DNA from: Neodothiora populina
Lineage: Eukaryota
Direction: 5' to 3'
Assembly (NCBI RefSeq): GCF_041146345.1
Contig: NW_027191405.1
Span: 1,922,001-1,986,000, forward strand
Length of the DNA: 64,000 nucleotides
A program made the position numbers and the translations under genes. Of the stretch, positions 1 through 13,607 are shown in pieces (within the stretch, counting starts at the first letter, position 1; each line of letters starts with the position of its first letter). Below the pieces are notes generated by a model. The model saw nothing but the letters and a program-made list of their open reading frames with translations, made no database searches and was not told the DNA's origin.

Positions 1-3000
1 GAAATGTTTGCCACGAGGAACAACAAATTGTCCTCGGTACTTGCAGCCATTATAGTGATCATTATTCCTTGCTGCATGCATAGGGCGCGGATTGAAGCAC
101 TAATAGAAATAGTTGTTAAACAAACGATATAATGACATTTCTTACAAATGAGTTATGCTACTCATCAGATCGTCCTATACGCATCCACAACTGATCCTAC
201 ATGCCCGCGAATCGCGACCCAAAGCTCTTCCATCTGACCAAGATGTCAAGTCAGCAAGATTCCGATTGGGCATCAGTGGGTTGTACGAAAGGATACTAGA
301 GGTAAGGTATATTTGTATTCTTGTTTCTCGAATGGCAGCGGGAAGGAGATGAACGAGTAATGCATATAAAGTTTTTCGCTTCCGAGCGGCTTTATTTGCC
401 AGGTCTGTCGGCTCCTACCTTTAGCTCCCCTCGCTACTTGTACGGTGGCTGAGAAGCCAAGATTTGTAGGCGATTGAAGGGGAGTTGGTGATCGATTGAT
501 GGGATTGTGATGATCGTTGCTTACCTTCTGTGATGGGGATCAGGTGTCATGCGCATCTTCAATGTCACTGTTGTCCCTTTCGGGATTGATATCCTCAAGC
601 CGACGAGCTAGATCTCGCAAGTGCGGCTGTGGCAGTGTCTATCTCCCGATTGGGTATAAAGTCCGGCCAGTGGAGCAAAAGTACCCTTACAGGGACAAAA
701 CTATGCGACGATGTGCACTGTTTTCTGGCAACGACGGAAGGCGGTGTGTTGCCACTCCATTCAAGACTGAAAAGCAGGCTAGCGCCGGGCATGCTATTTG
801 GCTAGCGAACGGCAGCGTGAGTTGAGGGAGGGTCAGGGAAGGTGGGCGATAGCGACGGTGCGATCTCGATAGGATCAGAGAGACATCTGAATTGTAGAAA
901 TAGTTCCGAGTCCGACGACACTCATAGAAACCACAGATCGGTCAATGTCAATGATTCTAACCCTCGCCAGTCTTGCGGACGTGGCTATCGCGTCTCCTAA
1001 GAGATATGGCACCACATTCCAGACATCCTGCTATGGGGTGGCTGGAGTCCATCTCGCGCGTATGTATCCCAAGATCTAGGGACGTCTTTTTTTATAGTCA
1101 CGGGTGGCTAAGTGATAAGACACAATCATCACATGGTCCTCGAGCAATTGGAGGGCTTCATGAAAGTCCAGCGCAGGGCGGAAGAACAGGCATTGCCTAC
1201 GCCGTTGGTTTCGGAAGGCTAGCAAGGAGGCATCAAGCAAGCAGGGCTTTTCGAGATAGACAACATCAGCAGTCGCAACTCTTCAGGCAACAGGAGCATA
1301 CCTTACCTCTCAGCGATGAGACATCCACACAAGCCCGTTGATATACACGTCTCCGATCGCGCCAGCCCGGTATCCTTGTGCCGGGTTCTCACCATGAAGT
1401 GTGTTTCAACCTGAGTCGCGACCAGGGAAGCTTCAAACAAACGGGGGACGCGGCGCTGGCCGGCTTCTTCAACCTCTCTCTGTCCCTTGTACGACCGCGC
1501 GACCAGAATATATGGATGACCGTTGGGTATGACACAACCAAGCCCGTCATGTTACACGAAGAAAACTGTGGGAGTTGAGGAAACCCGTCGTGCAGCATGA
1601 TCTGAATCAGGATCTTGCAGCTGTTGACTTTTTTGAACGCTTGCCTCAAACGCTCAACGTCAACGGTCTTGCCTTAGGTAGATCTATGGATTCTATCTAT
1701 CTTGCTCAGCTCGAACGTTCACGGAGATTCCTTCTTTTCTGATCTTCTGCGATTTGAGAAGCATACAGTAAATGCTCGGCAACGTTTCCGGAGACGCGTT
1801 TCTTGTTGTTACTAAGTTACGCTTGGACGTGGACGCTATGCCGGAATTCCGAGTAAGGGAAGAAGTTGTGGCTAGTGATCCTGTGTAGCAAGAGGCTGGG
1901 TGTTTTGATTGCTGGTGCTGAGCAACGCGCGCTCATGCCGCATGAGATGGAGACAAGTCCGAGACTTTCAGAGCGAGCAGGTACGTTGATAAGATAGTAT
2001 ATACGGATATCTTCAGTGTAAACACAGCAGGTAAATTGGTTCATTGTTGCCAACAGACGAACGGGTATCAGACCACTCTTTTCAGTCTGATCAGTGCTAG
2101 ACATGAAGCAGCTCTATGACACGGCACTACCATGTTCCGTCGAACGCTGTAATTTCGATTTTGTCCATGGAGCAACCATCACGTATCACTATTACCTTGG
2201 CTGGGAAATAACTCCGCAGTAAAAGAGGGGGAAATGAGGAGGTGTAGAGCGGGACACGATGCTCGAACAGCAAAAGTAATCCCTCTTCCGCAAATGACAA
2301 TAATTCTTGACGAATCGACCGTTCAGACACCTCTTGACACACGTCCCAAATAAGTTACATGACCTACCATATATCTTGGTGGACGCGACTGATCAAAGTC
2401 CTAGTCGATCAAGCAAGTCGTCGCTGTGTGCGCGGGGGAGCAGTTGAGCTCTCTCAGTCGCGATACTCTTCACAAGGTACAATCATCGAAGGTTTCCTCG
2501 TGTACAGCAATATGCAGTTTGGAAACTTCTGCTTCACCGTCTAGCCAATGAACACTCGCGGGTCGATCATCCAGAGCCTGCTTCCTCCCAGGTCCGAACA
2601 ATCTAAAGCAAGCGAAGTTGGCCGTGTGTGTGCAAAGAATTGCGCTTTGTCGAACCGGGGATAAATCGCGTAGTCCACAATGGACGATGAGGGCTAAGGT
2701 CTCACATTCGGGCGTGTGGCTTGTTTCTTTCGCTGACCAATTATTCAGTCGCTGGGTCATAGGGCGCAATGTTATATACTAGGACGACATAATTCCCACA
2801 ACACCATCTTCTTTGATGCGCATACTGCGATCGCGTGCGAATGGAATTCAAGTGTCCCGTCAGCTTTGCCACTCCTGCGCAAGATTTTACGATTCGATTG
2901 CCTGATTAGGAGAGCGCGGACAAGAGTCGAAGCCGCAACCGAAGGTACGTGTGTGGGCGTATATTTATATAAATTGAGACATTGTGCACTTTGGGCGCTA

Positions 3001-3405
3001 TCGAGGGCGAAGTGAGCAGAAGGAATCCAATGGCGGCTCGGCATCATGCACGCAAGCATCAGAGCGTAATGCGGGCGAATATGCAGGGTGGTCTGCGCTG
3101 CTACATGCTTCCACGCGCCTATGCACATGGACTTCTGGAGATACTGTACGTAGCAGTAGTGTCCGTGTCGCCGATAGATTGTATCGCGTAAGAGGAGTAC
3201 ATGACCCATCCAGATAATGTTCACACCTTCATCTCGGACCTTCGAGTCTACATGCGCTGATCGTGCTGCACGACATGCACCATGCTTCCAAGCAGTCGGA
3301 GAAGAGCTTTGGTGGCATGCCGGGTCATGCATTTTGCTAAGCTATGCAGAAGTACGTATGTTGATTATGTAGATTGAGATTGCGAATAATAATAATGATG
3401 ACGCC

Positions 3406-5412
3406 TCATTCGTTCACCCAAGCCGCAATTCTGTTGCCTCCGAATCTGGCGGCGAAGCGAAGTCCAGTCGAGCCCATGGGGAAATAACTCACCAGATACC
3501 ATACCAGACATACAATTTGGATGATAGATGAGACAAGGGTCAGAAGGGTACTGCGCAGCTACAATTTGTCAGCGGGTGCATTTCGCTTTCCATCATCTCT
3601 CTTTGAGCGACTCCTAGGTCATGGCGTCTGGGTGAATAGCTTCCACGCAAGCCATGGGCGCCATCAATGACGCGGCCATTTGCTTGAGCAGACATCGATT
3701 TGCGACAGACCACGACGACCTGAAAGTGATACGGTGTACTTACCCCGAGAGCGAAATACAAGGTCAAGGCGATGGATGAAAAGTACGTCCCTGTGAACGG
3801 GAGGCGTTCGGTGGACAATAGATGCTTCACTGGAATGGCGGCGATCAGTATGACTCCTCTTTCTGACGACATGACAACGGCGAGTCAGGACGATTGGCAT
3901 ATGCTTACGGTAAGTGTATGGTCCCATCATTATAGCCCAGCTGCATATGAACAATGCTGAGGCCATGGTCCATCTAACGCGAAGACAAAAGTTAGCACAT
4001 TTCGCAGATCAAGAAACGCGCGATAAGTGGATGGCGCGGTACGACTTAGCGCATATGATAGGTTGGTGAAGTAGGCATGTGGAAGGATGGGGAGAAGGTG
4101 TATGGTAGCTTGGCTGGATAAAGACAACGCTAGGTAGTGATCGACGCTGCGAAAGCCTGCGGAAACTAAAGCGGGTGTGGGTACAGCCGCATGACCTAAG
4201 CTCAATCCACATTTCTGTGACAGCCAAGTCATATAAAGAACAATCGCAGTGAAGATTATGCCGCGGCACGAGGCTGGGATAAAGACTGGGAGGTTGACGT
4301 GAGGGGAGATGATGGATGGGCTGGTAGATTGGAATGACGAAGCGGTGACTCGAGGTTTTCACCGCTACGGCGGGCACCGGCCATTGGAAGACAAATTTTT
4401 GCGCACATGTCGAAAAGGAAGGAATGCGCATAGAGTAGGGTGTTCACTTACAAGATTGCGAATTTGCGTGGTCTGAGAGCCAGTACTGGCATCATGGTAA
4501 AACAAACAACAAACAAAGCCAAGGCAGTCAGGTTAAGGACGCCAAAAACAAGGATACGATCCCAACGGCTCACTAAAAAAGGCTCGAGTCAGCATGATGA
4601 GAGTTGAGGTGTCGGTAGCGGCTTTGTTCTTGTCGTCGGTCAATAGACTAGAAATCAACGGATAAGTGGAAAAGGCAGCGATGTGAGCGTGAGGAATGAT
4701 CAAGCAAGCGCCTAAGGTAGGTTGCGCTACCCATCAGCAGGTAACGGAGGATGAAGTATCGCCTACACCGCTGCAGGTACCGGCATCTGATCACAACCAT
4801 GGAGCGCTTGGCACACGGTTGCGAGAGCTGTGTGAGGAATGACCTGGAGCGCTTGGTACAAGTGGGGTCGATAAGCTTCTTGAAGCATCGATACGCCGTC
4901 CAGCCAGCCGAAATGGAGCGCGTGCCCAAGTATAGATAGATAGTATACGCTGAGATGAATATGCATTATGCAAGACGGTTGCAAGAAGTGGTCTGTGGGT
5001 GCCAAATCCGGATTTGAGGGGCGGCGTAGGTTTTATTTTCTTGGGATCAAGAAAGCCGTCGTTGAAATGCATTGCAGATCCGAGGTCCGTCAAATGGTGG
5101 GACACATTGCGATATGTTGAGGGGTGACAAGAGGGAGGCAAGCAATGGGAAGGAGTAAGGCACCGGTGGTGTCATTTACTTACATGCGAAGAAGCCCTCC
5201 TCCTCCTCCCGGCGAGTACGAGCCGGAAGAGGAGCTCCGGGCGCCTCATTCTCATACAATGGCAATCTGACATAGCCACCTTGTCCAAAGGGGTTGAGTG
5301 ATTGTAGTTTGCTCAAAATAGGTGTTTCGCTGTTTGTCGACGCTGGCGTAGCTTCGTCCCGACGACTCCACCCAAGCGAGTTCATCGAGTCTCGAAACGA
5401 TGATGAGGCCAT
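3406..5412 (-). CDS. SFT2: Sft2/Got1-family Golgi vesicle-transport membrane protein; 5 exons (5412-5184, 4572-4452, 3973-3909, 3829-3744, 3558-3406)
   Basis: Exons join in frame across GT..AG introns: MASSSFRDSMNSLGWSRR...RREEEEGFFA/LSRWDRILVFG...LRPRKFAIL/WTMASALFICSWAIMMGP/KHLLSTERLPFT...LTLYFALG/LRST...LVWYLVSYFPMGSTGLRFAARFG..WVNE*. These are characteristic fungal Sft2 motifs. Confidence 0.92.
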
Positions 5413-8400
5413 TGTGGGTAATAGGCGGTTGGTGTCTATCTGTCGTCGTCGCGGCGACGAGAGGGAGCTCGAATACTTGTCAAAGGGCGCGAGTACTACG
5501 GCTAAATGTGCTGGTGTATGCGCGCGTTGCGGACGTGTCTTGGTGTGCAAATGTGTGGTTGCGCGTCAATTTAACGGAAGGCGCAACAACAAATGATGGT
5601 GCCTAGTATGTATCCCAGTATTGTAGCAGCCTTGAGCTTTAGGTGGTGCTGGAAAGGGGTCGAAGTTCAGCTCTCGATTCGATTACAGATGTGCGAACGA
5701 TTGCGTCGTCACTGTATATGTTGCAATTATTATTGTTATTGTTGCCGTCGCTATGGTCAATAATATCGAGTCGTTGTATCTTCGTGCGTTGAATGCAACG
5801 AGAAAGGCAGGCGACGTGTTTGTTTACACACGTGGTGCTTTGATACCGTGAAGGTGATGGCAGGTGCAGTACAGTAATTACAGTATGTGAGGTCATGCAA
5901 ACAAAAAGAGGTAAGGTATAGCAGTCTACAGTACAGTTGACAGTCGACAGTCTACGGTCTAAAGTCTACCGTAAGCTCAGGCTCCATCCCGGCCGCAATC
6001 TTGCTCCACCGGCAGAGCGTTCCAAGACATCCGACGACCCCTTCAGTAACTCTGATACCAACTGCCACATAAGCAGCAAGGTTGGCGGCCGACTGTTATA
6101 TCCCGAGCCGTGTTTCGAAGTCGAACCCCAAGCTTCGACCTGCAAACACGTAAACATGCATTATATGCAGTATGCAGCCTCCCATCGATAAAGCCCTATC
6201 TGAAATGGCGCTGTAAACGTCGCGATAGGATCAGTATCTCCTCGGTCATGAAGAGACAACACCCAGATCTGGCGGAGATGGGATTGCAGCTGTCGTGTTC
6301 TGCATCCTGCGTCGGGAAAGGCGGCCAGGTCGCGTGGGCTTCTGCGTAACCAGAGTTGCCGTAGATACCGATTGGGAAGAGACCTTGCTGATGGCTGCAA
6401 TATCACTGCCCGATGGAGATGTGCCACTGCCACTGACCTCTCCACTGCTTAACTCATTAGATTGTACCTTCGCGCGCTGATACCACTTTTGCTGCATGAT
6501 GAGGTGCGAATACGTGCAAGCGCGGGTGGCGCTCTCCATCGCTCACTCGCGTGTGTAGACGTGTAAACGAAGCTGCCAATAGAATGTACGTCCAGCCATC
6601 GACTTCGTTTGGCCATGGGAAGCTTTTTGACCTGCGGTTGATGCGGCCGCCTACGCTGCAAGTGATCGCGGGCCGCACCACCTGCATGCAATGCAGATGA
6701 TCCCCGGGCAGGCCAAGGGAGGGAAAGGTTAGCAAAAACTCGTCAACGTCGAGTGACAACCTGTGTTAGATTGGAGATCAAAGGATAGAGGCATCCACTC
6801 GCACGCGAAACAGACTACGAAAGGATGGTGATGTGAAAGCCGGCTTGTGATTTGGTGTCAGAGACAAGTGTGACAGGCGAATGCGACTCTACCGGCACTG
6901 CAGCCTCAACGTTCGTCAAAGAGCTGGCGGTGATCGCCTCAAAGTTGGCATTTAGTACAGCACCAGGCCGATGCCCTAAGCTATCATCGTCCCATCTGAT
7001 CAGAACCGAAGCTTGCAACGACGTTACTCTACATTTAGATACTCGGTGGGGAGAGAGAGAGAGAGAGATCTTCGCTCGCCTCCGTGCAAGTGTCCCCTCC
7101 CCCCCACCAAAGTGCAGTATGCGCGGTGCTAGCCCGGGTAGATACATTGCGTAGATACGATGGTACAGAGATGGTGTAACTACCTTACTGTACCCTGCAC
7201 GGCATGTGGGCCTCGCATCATCACATCACAGACCCAGACGGACTGCCCCCCTTTGGATCCCCCATATTTGTTCGAAATACAGTACTGGGTCGTGAGAGTC
7301 GCGAGATGCCAAGCCTAGCTCGTCAGAACACCGCCATTCCAAGGCAAGGTAGGGGGTGTTGTTGTCCATTAGCGTCCGTCTTTGCTACAGTGATATGCGG
7401 CCTTCGGGCTGCCCCGTCCATGTCCCTATCAAGACCAGCCCTGTCCGTTGAACGCCAACCTGATCGGATACGATGAATGCCAGCAAAGGGGCCAAGAAGC
7501 TTTGCTAAACCATCTACCATGCTGCAGGGAATGACGATTCCTTAAGCTTATTTTGGTATACTCCGAGCGGCACTGCATGGGCCCACTGCACTCGACTCTG
7601 TCTGGTCGTCCTTTGCCTCACTGAACCCTTTGCTAAGCCCGTTACCCCGTCGCTCTCTTCTTTGTTCAGAAAAGGTGCGCGTAGCTGTGTAGGTAGGCAG
7701 ACATTAATGGCACATCACATCAGCGATCCACTAGTTCTGATCTCCCTGTCTGGAACACCCCCCTCGCCTCGGAGAAAGTAGATGAAGTGATATGCTGAAC
7801 GCCGGGATTTGATTGGAGACAGTATTGTGGGTGTCGAGGTTGTGGCTAAGCATACAGCGGCTTGTCTTGCCCGTTCTACGGTCTCCCGCTACATTTGCAT
7901 GTTCCCCCCGAGTCATTTACCCTTTTGCCTGTCGTCCCCGAGAAAAGGTTCCAAAGAGAAGGCTGGCGCCCGGCGCGCTGGATCAAACCACCAAACCCTG
8001 TACATGAGTCACTCTGTCATGTTTAGCGTACGAATGCACTCGTCACATAGCGCGCCGTCTTGATTTCGTCTGCCCTCCTTTACGCATGAGAGGCTCAACC
8101 GTTGGCGTGCCGAGCTCGAGCCAGAAGACCATGACCAGATATATAGATAGAGACAGTTGCCCGCGCATGAACGCTGTGGTCATCCCTGTTTCCAGAAGAT
8201 AGCAGCAGAGACCGTGATTTCTGATATATCAAAGTCCTCCTCTACACACGATCAAGTCTCCCTACCTTACCTTACCTCACTGTTTCATTCTTGCCAAGAA
8301 TCACCACGATCACCTAGCGCACGAGACCCATCTCGAATCAGACGACACAGATCCCACTCTTAACATAAGCCATTGTTTGCAAATCTCACGCACGCACACA

Positions 8401-10315
8401 CAGCAAGCACACTCGTCGACTCGACCAACGCATCACCCGTAAGGTAAGGTACTCTCATATCCTGCCTTACAGGAAGGGGAAAGAAGCACATACCAAGGTA
8501 CCTTAGGTAGCTTACTGACACTATTTGTTATAAGCCATCCCGCTCGCTTCTCCACACCGTACTACGCCGATCCGGCATAAGCCCGGACCAGATCCACTAT
8601 CACGCCCGCGATAAATCCACACGACCCATTTGCCTTTCGCCTTGACCGCCCACACAGTCTTGGCCAAGGTAATCCGATCCCTCCCCCGAGCAATCCGAAA
8701 GTCTGGAGTAACAGACGTCGACAGTGAGTACCAACCCTGATCTCGTACAGTACCACGCTTCGGTGTCTCTGAACCAAGCCCACATTGTTGTTGCATATCC
8801 TCTTCTCCTTTCCCTTGCCACTCCCTTTGCCTTTTTTTGCTCTCTTTCTCTTCCTCTCTCTCTTTCTCTCTTTTCGTTTCCCCTCTTTCCGAGATACTTC
8901 GCATTGCGGATCTCTGTCCCTCTCTCTTTCTCCATTGCATTACGCCTCGGATCCGGCCTCCCACAGTATCTTAAGTTGCGTCTTGGCAGGCCTCTCTTGG
9001 CTAAAACCCCACTGCCCAGGCTCCACTCTACTTGTACTAGTAGCTTGACTTGCTCTGCCTCCAGCATCGCATCTTCAAATTGTTTGCGTCGTTACACGAA
9101 ACGACCAGACGCTCTCCGCACGCCGTCTCGATCGTCACTGCCTGCCGTGCATTGCGCAGTCAGTCGGTCACGACAGACACGTCCTTGTCGTCGTCGCTGC
9201 ACACCGGTCACGTCCAGGCGACACATAAGCGCTATTCCCGATCACATCCAAAGCAGCCGCATTGTGCTGAGCGATCGAGACTTGAGACTCCGAAGCAGAT
9301 ACCCGCGCATCAAGTCCTACATTTCTCTTTCTCCAACCACTATCTTTTCGGTGATTCGTTTCGGCCCCAGACTCCGAACGGACAGCCGCTGTCTACCATT
9401 GTGGTGAGTGAATCTTAATTGTATTCTCCTTTGTTCTCCTCTTCGTCGACCACCTCCCCATGTGTCGTGCTTTCCTTCTTCAAATTGCTCCTTCCTCATC
9501 CATATCCTGGGCCGCCTCTCGCAAGCATGAAAAGCGAATGCAATCGTCGCCTGCGCAGGTGTTCTGAAAAGAATGTCACTGTCTGCGACAGTGTGTGACG
9601 GACAGCATATGTCAGGATGCATCATGCCTGCACCGCCATGCTGCTGTCGATAGGCTGCGGGTGGGATCGTAGCTGCACGCGAGCCCAGCAGTGACTGGAT
9701 GCAGATGCACGGCAGGCCCTAGTCTGTTAGACGGCTAACCGCGGCTCTCACCCACGATCGTCCTGTTTCCTCTTTTTCCTAATTCCCTCGTCCTGAAGCG
9801 TTCATGCAGCCTGCCCGTTGTAGTCGAGAGAGGAGATGATGGGAAGACAGGCTACTGTTGGCACTGGTTGATTCCGCTGACACCCTTTCAGCTATAGTTA
9901 CTCCGTCGACATCCTCCCTCAACGACGATACCATTGTAACTCTACAAAGGTCGTCGCCGCACCCTCACGTCATCTTACCCGCACTTCGCACTAGAGCTGT
10001 TGTGCAACAAGGCTACCCCCCTCTGCAGCACTGCACCATCCACTTTTTCCACGACAGTAATCCGATTGGAGAAGAAGCGAGGTTTCGATTCTCTGCACCT
10101 CTACTGTCTCCGGCGTTTCATATCAGCTCGCTCAGACAGACGCTGTGCTTCTTATCGACGTTCACAATCGACTGCACACACTGCCACGACAGCAGCCATC
10201 CCAAGTTCGAGCCTCTGAAGCCGCACCAGACGTCGCATCCTCGCCCTGATTCTTCTTGTCTTGCTCAAGCGCAAAGTTATCACTCTCAACTCGCAAACAC
10301 AGGCTCGACTGAGTA

Positions 10316-11111
10316 ATGCCGGTAATCCGTAAGTACATGTTGTTATTACTATTGCATGTCTGGGTGACTGCACCTTGTTGCTTCACTTGCGACGCTCATT
10401 CTTTATTTACGACACCTCACTGACACTGCTGCCTACGCCACAGCCGAATCATCTCTGACCACATTTCCGCCTTTCGACAGCCTAGAAGAGCACTCGACGC
10501 ACAGAGCGCACGATTCACCTCTTGAGTTCACCTTCGACGACCCATTCGAGTTTGAGTCTATTGACATCAAGAGCGAAATGGCCGGTGCTGGCTCCCCTTT
10601 TATCAAGCCGGAGCCACACGACTTTTCATTCAACCCCAACCACTTCCAGCAGCACAACGGCTTCAACCACATGTCGCAGCAGAACAGCTACAACAATAAT
10701 AACAACAATAACAACAACGTCGACCCCAACTCCATCATGGGCGGAGGAAGTTACAACCAAAACTTCACCTCCCAGAACATGTCGGGCAGCTTCATGATGG
10801 GCAACTCCGGCATCGCCGATGACGAGTTGATGGACACGCTGAACATGGGATTCGAGACGTCGGGCAACCAGAGTCATGGTAGCGGCAGCAATATCAACAA
10901 CAACTATCAACCAGAGCAGTCCAACTTCAATCAGCAGTACATGACTCCGGCTGGCAGCGTGCCCATGAGCATGGCGCAACACCAGAACATTGGAGGCAAC
11001 AACATGTACTCGTCCACTCCCGAGGGCGCGCCCATTCAGTCGCCCTTCATCAACAACTTCAACTACAGCCAATTCCGCCCCATGGACCCGAGCCAGAGAC
11101 AACAGCAGCAA

Positions 11112-11144
<33 letters not shown>

Positions 11145-12278
11145 TTCACCATGCCTTCGGCTAGCTTCAGAAACGGCGGCAGCATGTCTGCTGCTCAACA
11201 ACACATGAATGCCATGGAGCGCAAGATTTCCGAGTCTCGTTCTCCGGCAACGCCAAACACCCCCGGACTGGGCGCACTGCACCTTGGTGAGCCAGAGTAT
11301 CCTGTGCCTGGCATGCAGCAGCATCGCCAACATCCCATCATGGGCCACAACCGCGCATCGAGTATGAATAACTGGGAGGGCATTTCCAACCCTCAGTCAT
11401 GGACCGACGTGTCACCTTTCGGCTCTCCCGCCAACGGACAGCCGATGCAGCAGCCCCAACACCCGCAGATATCCGAGGTTCTCAAGTCAACCAGCCAGAC
11501 CGGCAAAGTCGCCGCATCCTTGCCCACAAAGATGGAGCACGGTACACCCGCATACCAGACCCAGGAAGCCAAGCGCCGGCGCCGAAGAGAGTCGCACAAC
11601 CTCGTCGAGCGACGGAGAAGAGACAACATCAACGAGCGCATCCACGAGCTCGCCACTCTGGTGCCGCAGCACCGGCTCGAGGACGAAAAGGTGCGCAAGC
11701 ATCTGCAGACAAACTCTCCCCTGTCGCCCTCGATCACCGCCACGGGCATGTCGCCTCCACAGGCCACATCGCTCCTCGCAGGAGGTGCCGGCCGTCGCGC
11801 GACCAGTGGCAGTGTCACCACCGGACTCCCGCTCGACGACAAGGACAAGGGCCCGAACAAGGGCGATATCCTGAATGGAAGCGTTGCGTGGACCCGCGAC
11901 CTGCTATGGTTGATGAAGATGAAGCTGGAACAGGAGGCTCAGCTCAAGGAGATGCTTCGCAACCAGGGCATGGACTGGCCGTTTTCGCAGGATGACGACG
12001 AGAAGCGCATGCAGAGCGAGCTCATGGAGGTGATTCAGAAGAACATGCAGATGAACAACATGCACCCCTACAGCCGTGCCCCTGGCTCTGGTCTCCGAGT
12101 TCCCGGCTTCACCAACGTGGCGGGAGAGTCGCTGAGCCCCGAACAGCAGGGAACCCATCAGCAAAGCCTCAGCCCTGGATATCAAAGCGGCGGCAGCGGC
12201 GGTGCACGAGACCAGTATGCCTGGCAACCCGAGCAAGAGGATTTGAAAGAGGAGGAGGAGTTTGGCTTCGAGATGTAG
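10316..12278 (+). CDS. bHLH transcription factor (Rtg3/MITF-like, GlcD-gamma type); probable start ATG 10316 in a 13-nt exon (10316-10328) spliced to 10444; alternative start 10578
   Basis: Basic-HLH KRRRRRESHNLVERRRRDNINERIHELATLVP ... NKGDILNGSVAWTRDL with a long loop; N/Q-rich N-terminus. Intron 10329-10443 (GTAAGT..CTGAC..CAG) puts ATG 10316 in frame. Confidence 0.88.
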
Positions 12279-13160
12279 AGCGACTCGAACTGGCCTCGCT
12301 CTTACTGAAGCCGGATCGGATGCCTAATACATCGCTCGCGATAGACGACACGCATATAGCATGAGTCGGAAAGTCTCGTCGCCGCGCACCTCGCCTCTCT
12401 CGATCCGGCTCGGCCCCTTTTTCTATACATCTACAGGCGTTCGCCTTGCATACACTTGGCTTTGTTGTTGATTACTACGATGATACCACCTGCGTTTTAA
12501 CTACATGGATGCCTTTATTTTCCTTTATACCACTTGATCTATACACTCGACACAAGCACCCAATCGACTCATACTCATATCCGATGCACATTCAGGGCGG
12601 GGAGTATTTTCACAGTCTCGCGGATATCTTTGTTGTCTTGTTTGATATTTTACTGCGACTGCTTTGATACCACGCATGAGGCGGGCGATGCGCGCGCGGA
12701 GGGATGAGACCAAGGCTGTCGCTTGTAGGCTGGGACACAACGAGAACGAATGGGATGACATGAACGGCTGGGACGGATGATGCATGATGAATGTTGCTTT
12801 CTGGAATATCGATCCATTTGCCTTTTTTCTTTTTCTTTTCCTTTACTTATCGTCCGGGTACATCGTTTGGTTTCATACTTGCTGCAATCAAGATACACTC
12901 TCCTATCACATTTGCTCTGAATCTCGGTGGATTCTTAGATAATGACTATACACAAGATCTGGCCCAAGGATGAAGTAGATGGTATCACGTTCCTTGAGAG
13001 TACGCCTCATATGTCGATGTTTTCGAGTAGTGCAATATGCCTTGGCCTTGCGTGACGATAAGAATGGTTGATCGTCAAAGACAGGACAGGGTCGCCCTCG
13101 AGAACGAGTCGAGATGCAACTTGAGGATACGAGCGACGCCCAGCAGCCAAGACAATCCTC

Positions 13161-13167
13161 TGACTCA
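13161..13167 (+). promoter_or_regulatory. Gcn4/CpcA (cross-pathway control) consensus site TGACTCA upstream of ARG1; second copy TGAGTCA at 13737-13743 in intron 1
   Basis: Exact consensus about 440 bp upstream of the ATG of an arginine biosynthesis gene, a known class of Gcn4/CpcA targets. Confidence 0.55.
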
Positions 13168-13607
13168 CATAACCGGGGGAAAAGGGCAAAAGCTGCCAAT
13201 CGCCGACATCGCGCTGCAAAAAAACCTTAGCGGGGCAGGTCAGCAGCTAATGGCCCCGGCTAGCTGAGGCAGAGCGAGCGAGAGATATGCACCAGCAGAA
13301 GCAGAAGAAGCAGCAGCAGCAGCAGTGTGAGTAGTGTACAAGTAGCATCGAAGAGAAGTATGACTGTTTCCACCGCTGGTTCGTTTATCGATAGATACCG
13401 GAGTCAAACATTTGTGTCACGCCCGCTCGCTTTCTATCGGCCAACATTGAGAGAATCTCTTCGCTTTTTCCAACCGCCCGTACTAATCTCGCTTTCTTTC
13501 TTTCTTTCGCGTTTCCGTCTCTCTTCGTTTCGTTCTTTTTTCCTTCTCTCTCCCAATTACACACCTCTCTTCACATCCACACCTCTCCCTCACACAAACA
13601 CATAAAC

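Noticed and set aside
1..3350. Many 60-190 aa ORFs at the start of the window
   Set aside because: No recognisable domains, coding bias or consistent splice model. May be decayed sequence, but no feature can be supported.
4330..4435. Spliceosomal snRNA call from an Sm-like site between hairpins
   Set aside because: No U1 5' end, U2 branch-pairing, U4 or U5 loop I sequence seen nearby; kept only as a structured-intron observation.
5900..7500. Short ORFs and intron-like signals on the minus strand upstream of SFT2
   Set aside because: Could not assemble a coherent reading frame or recognise a product.
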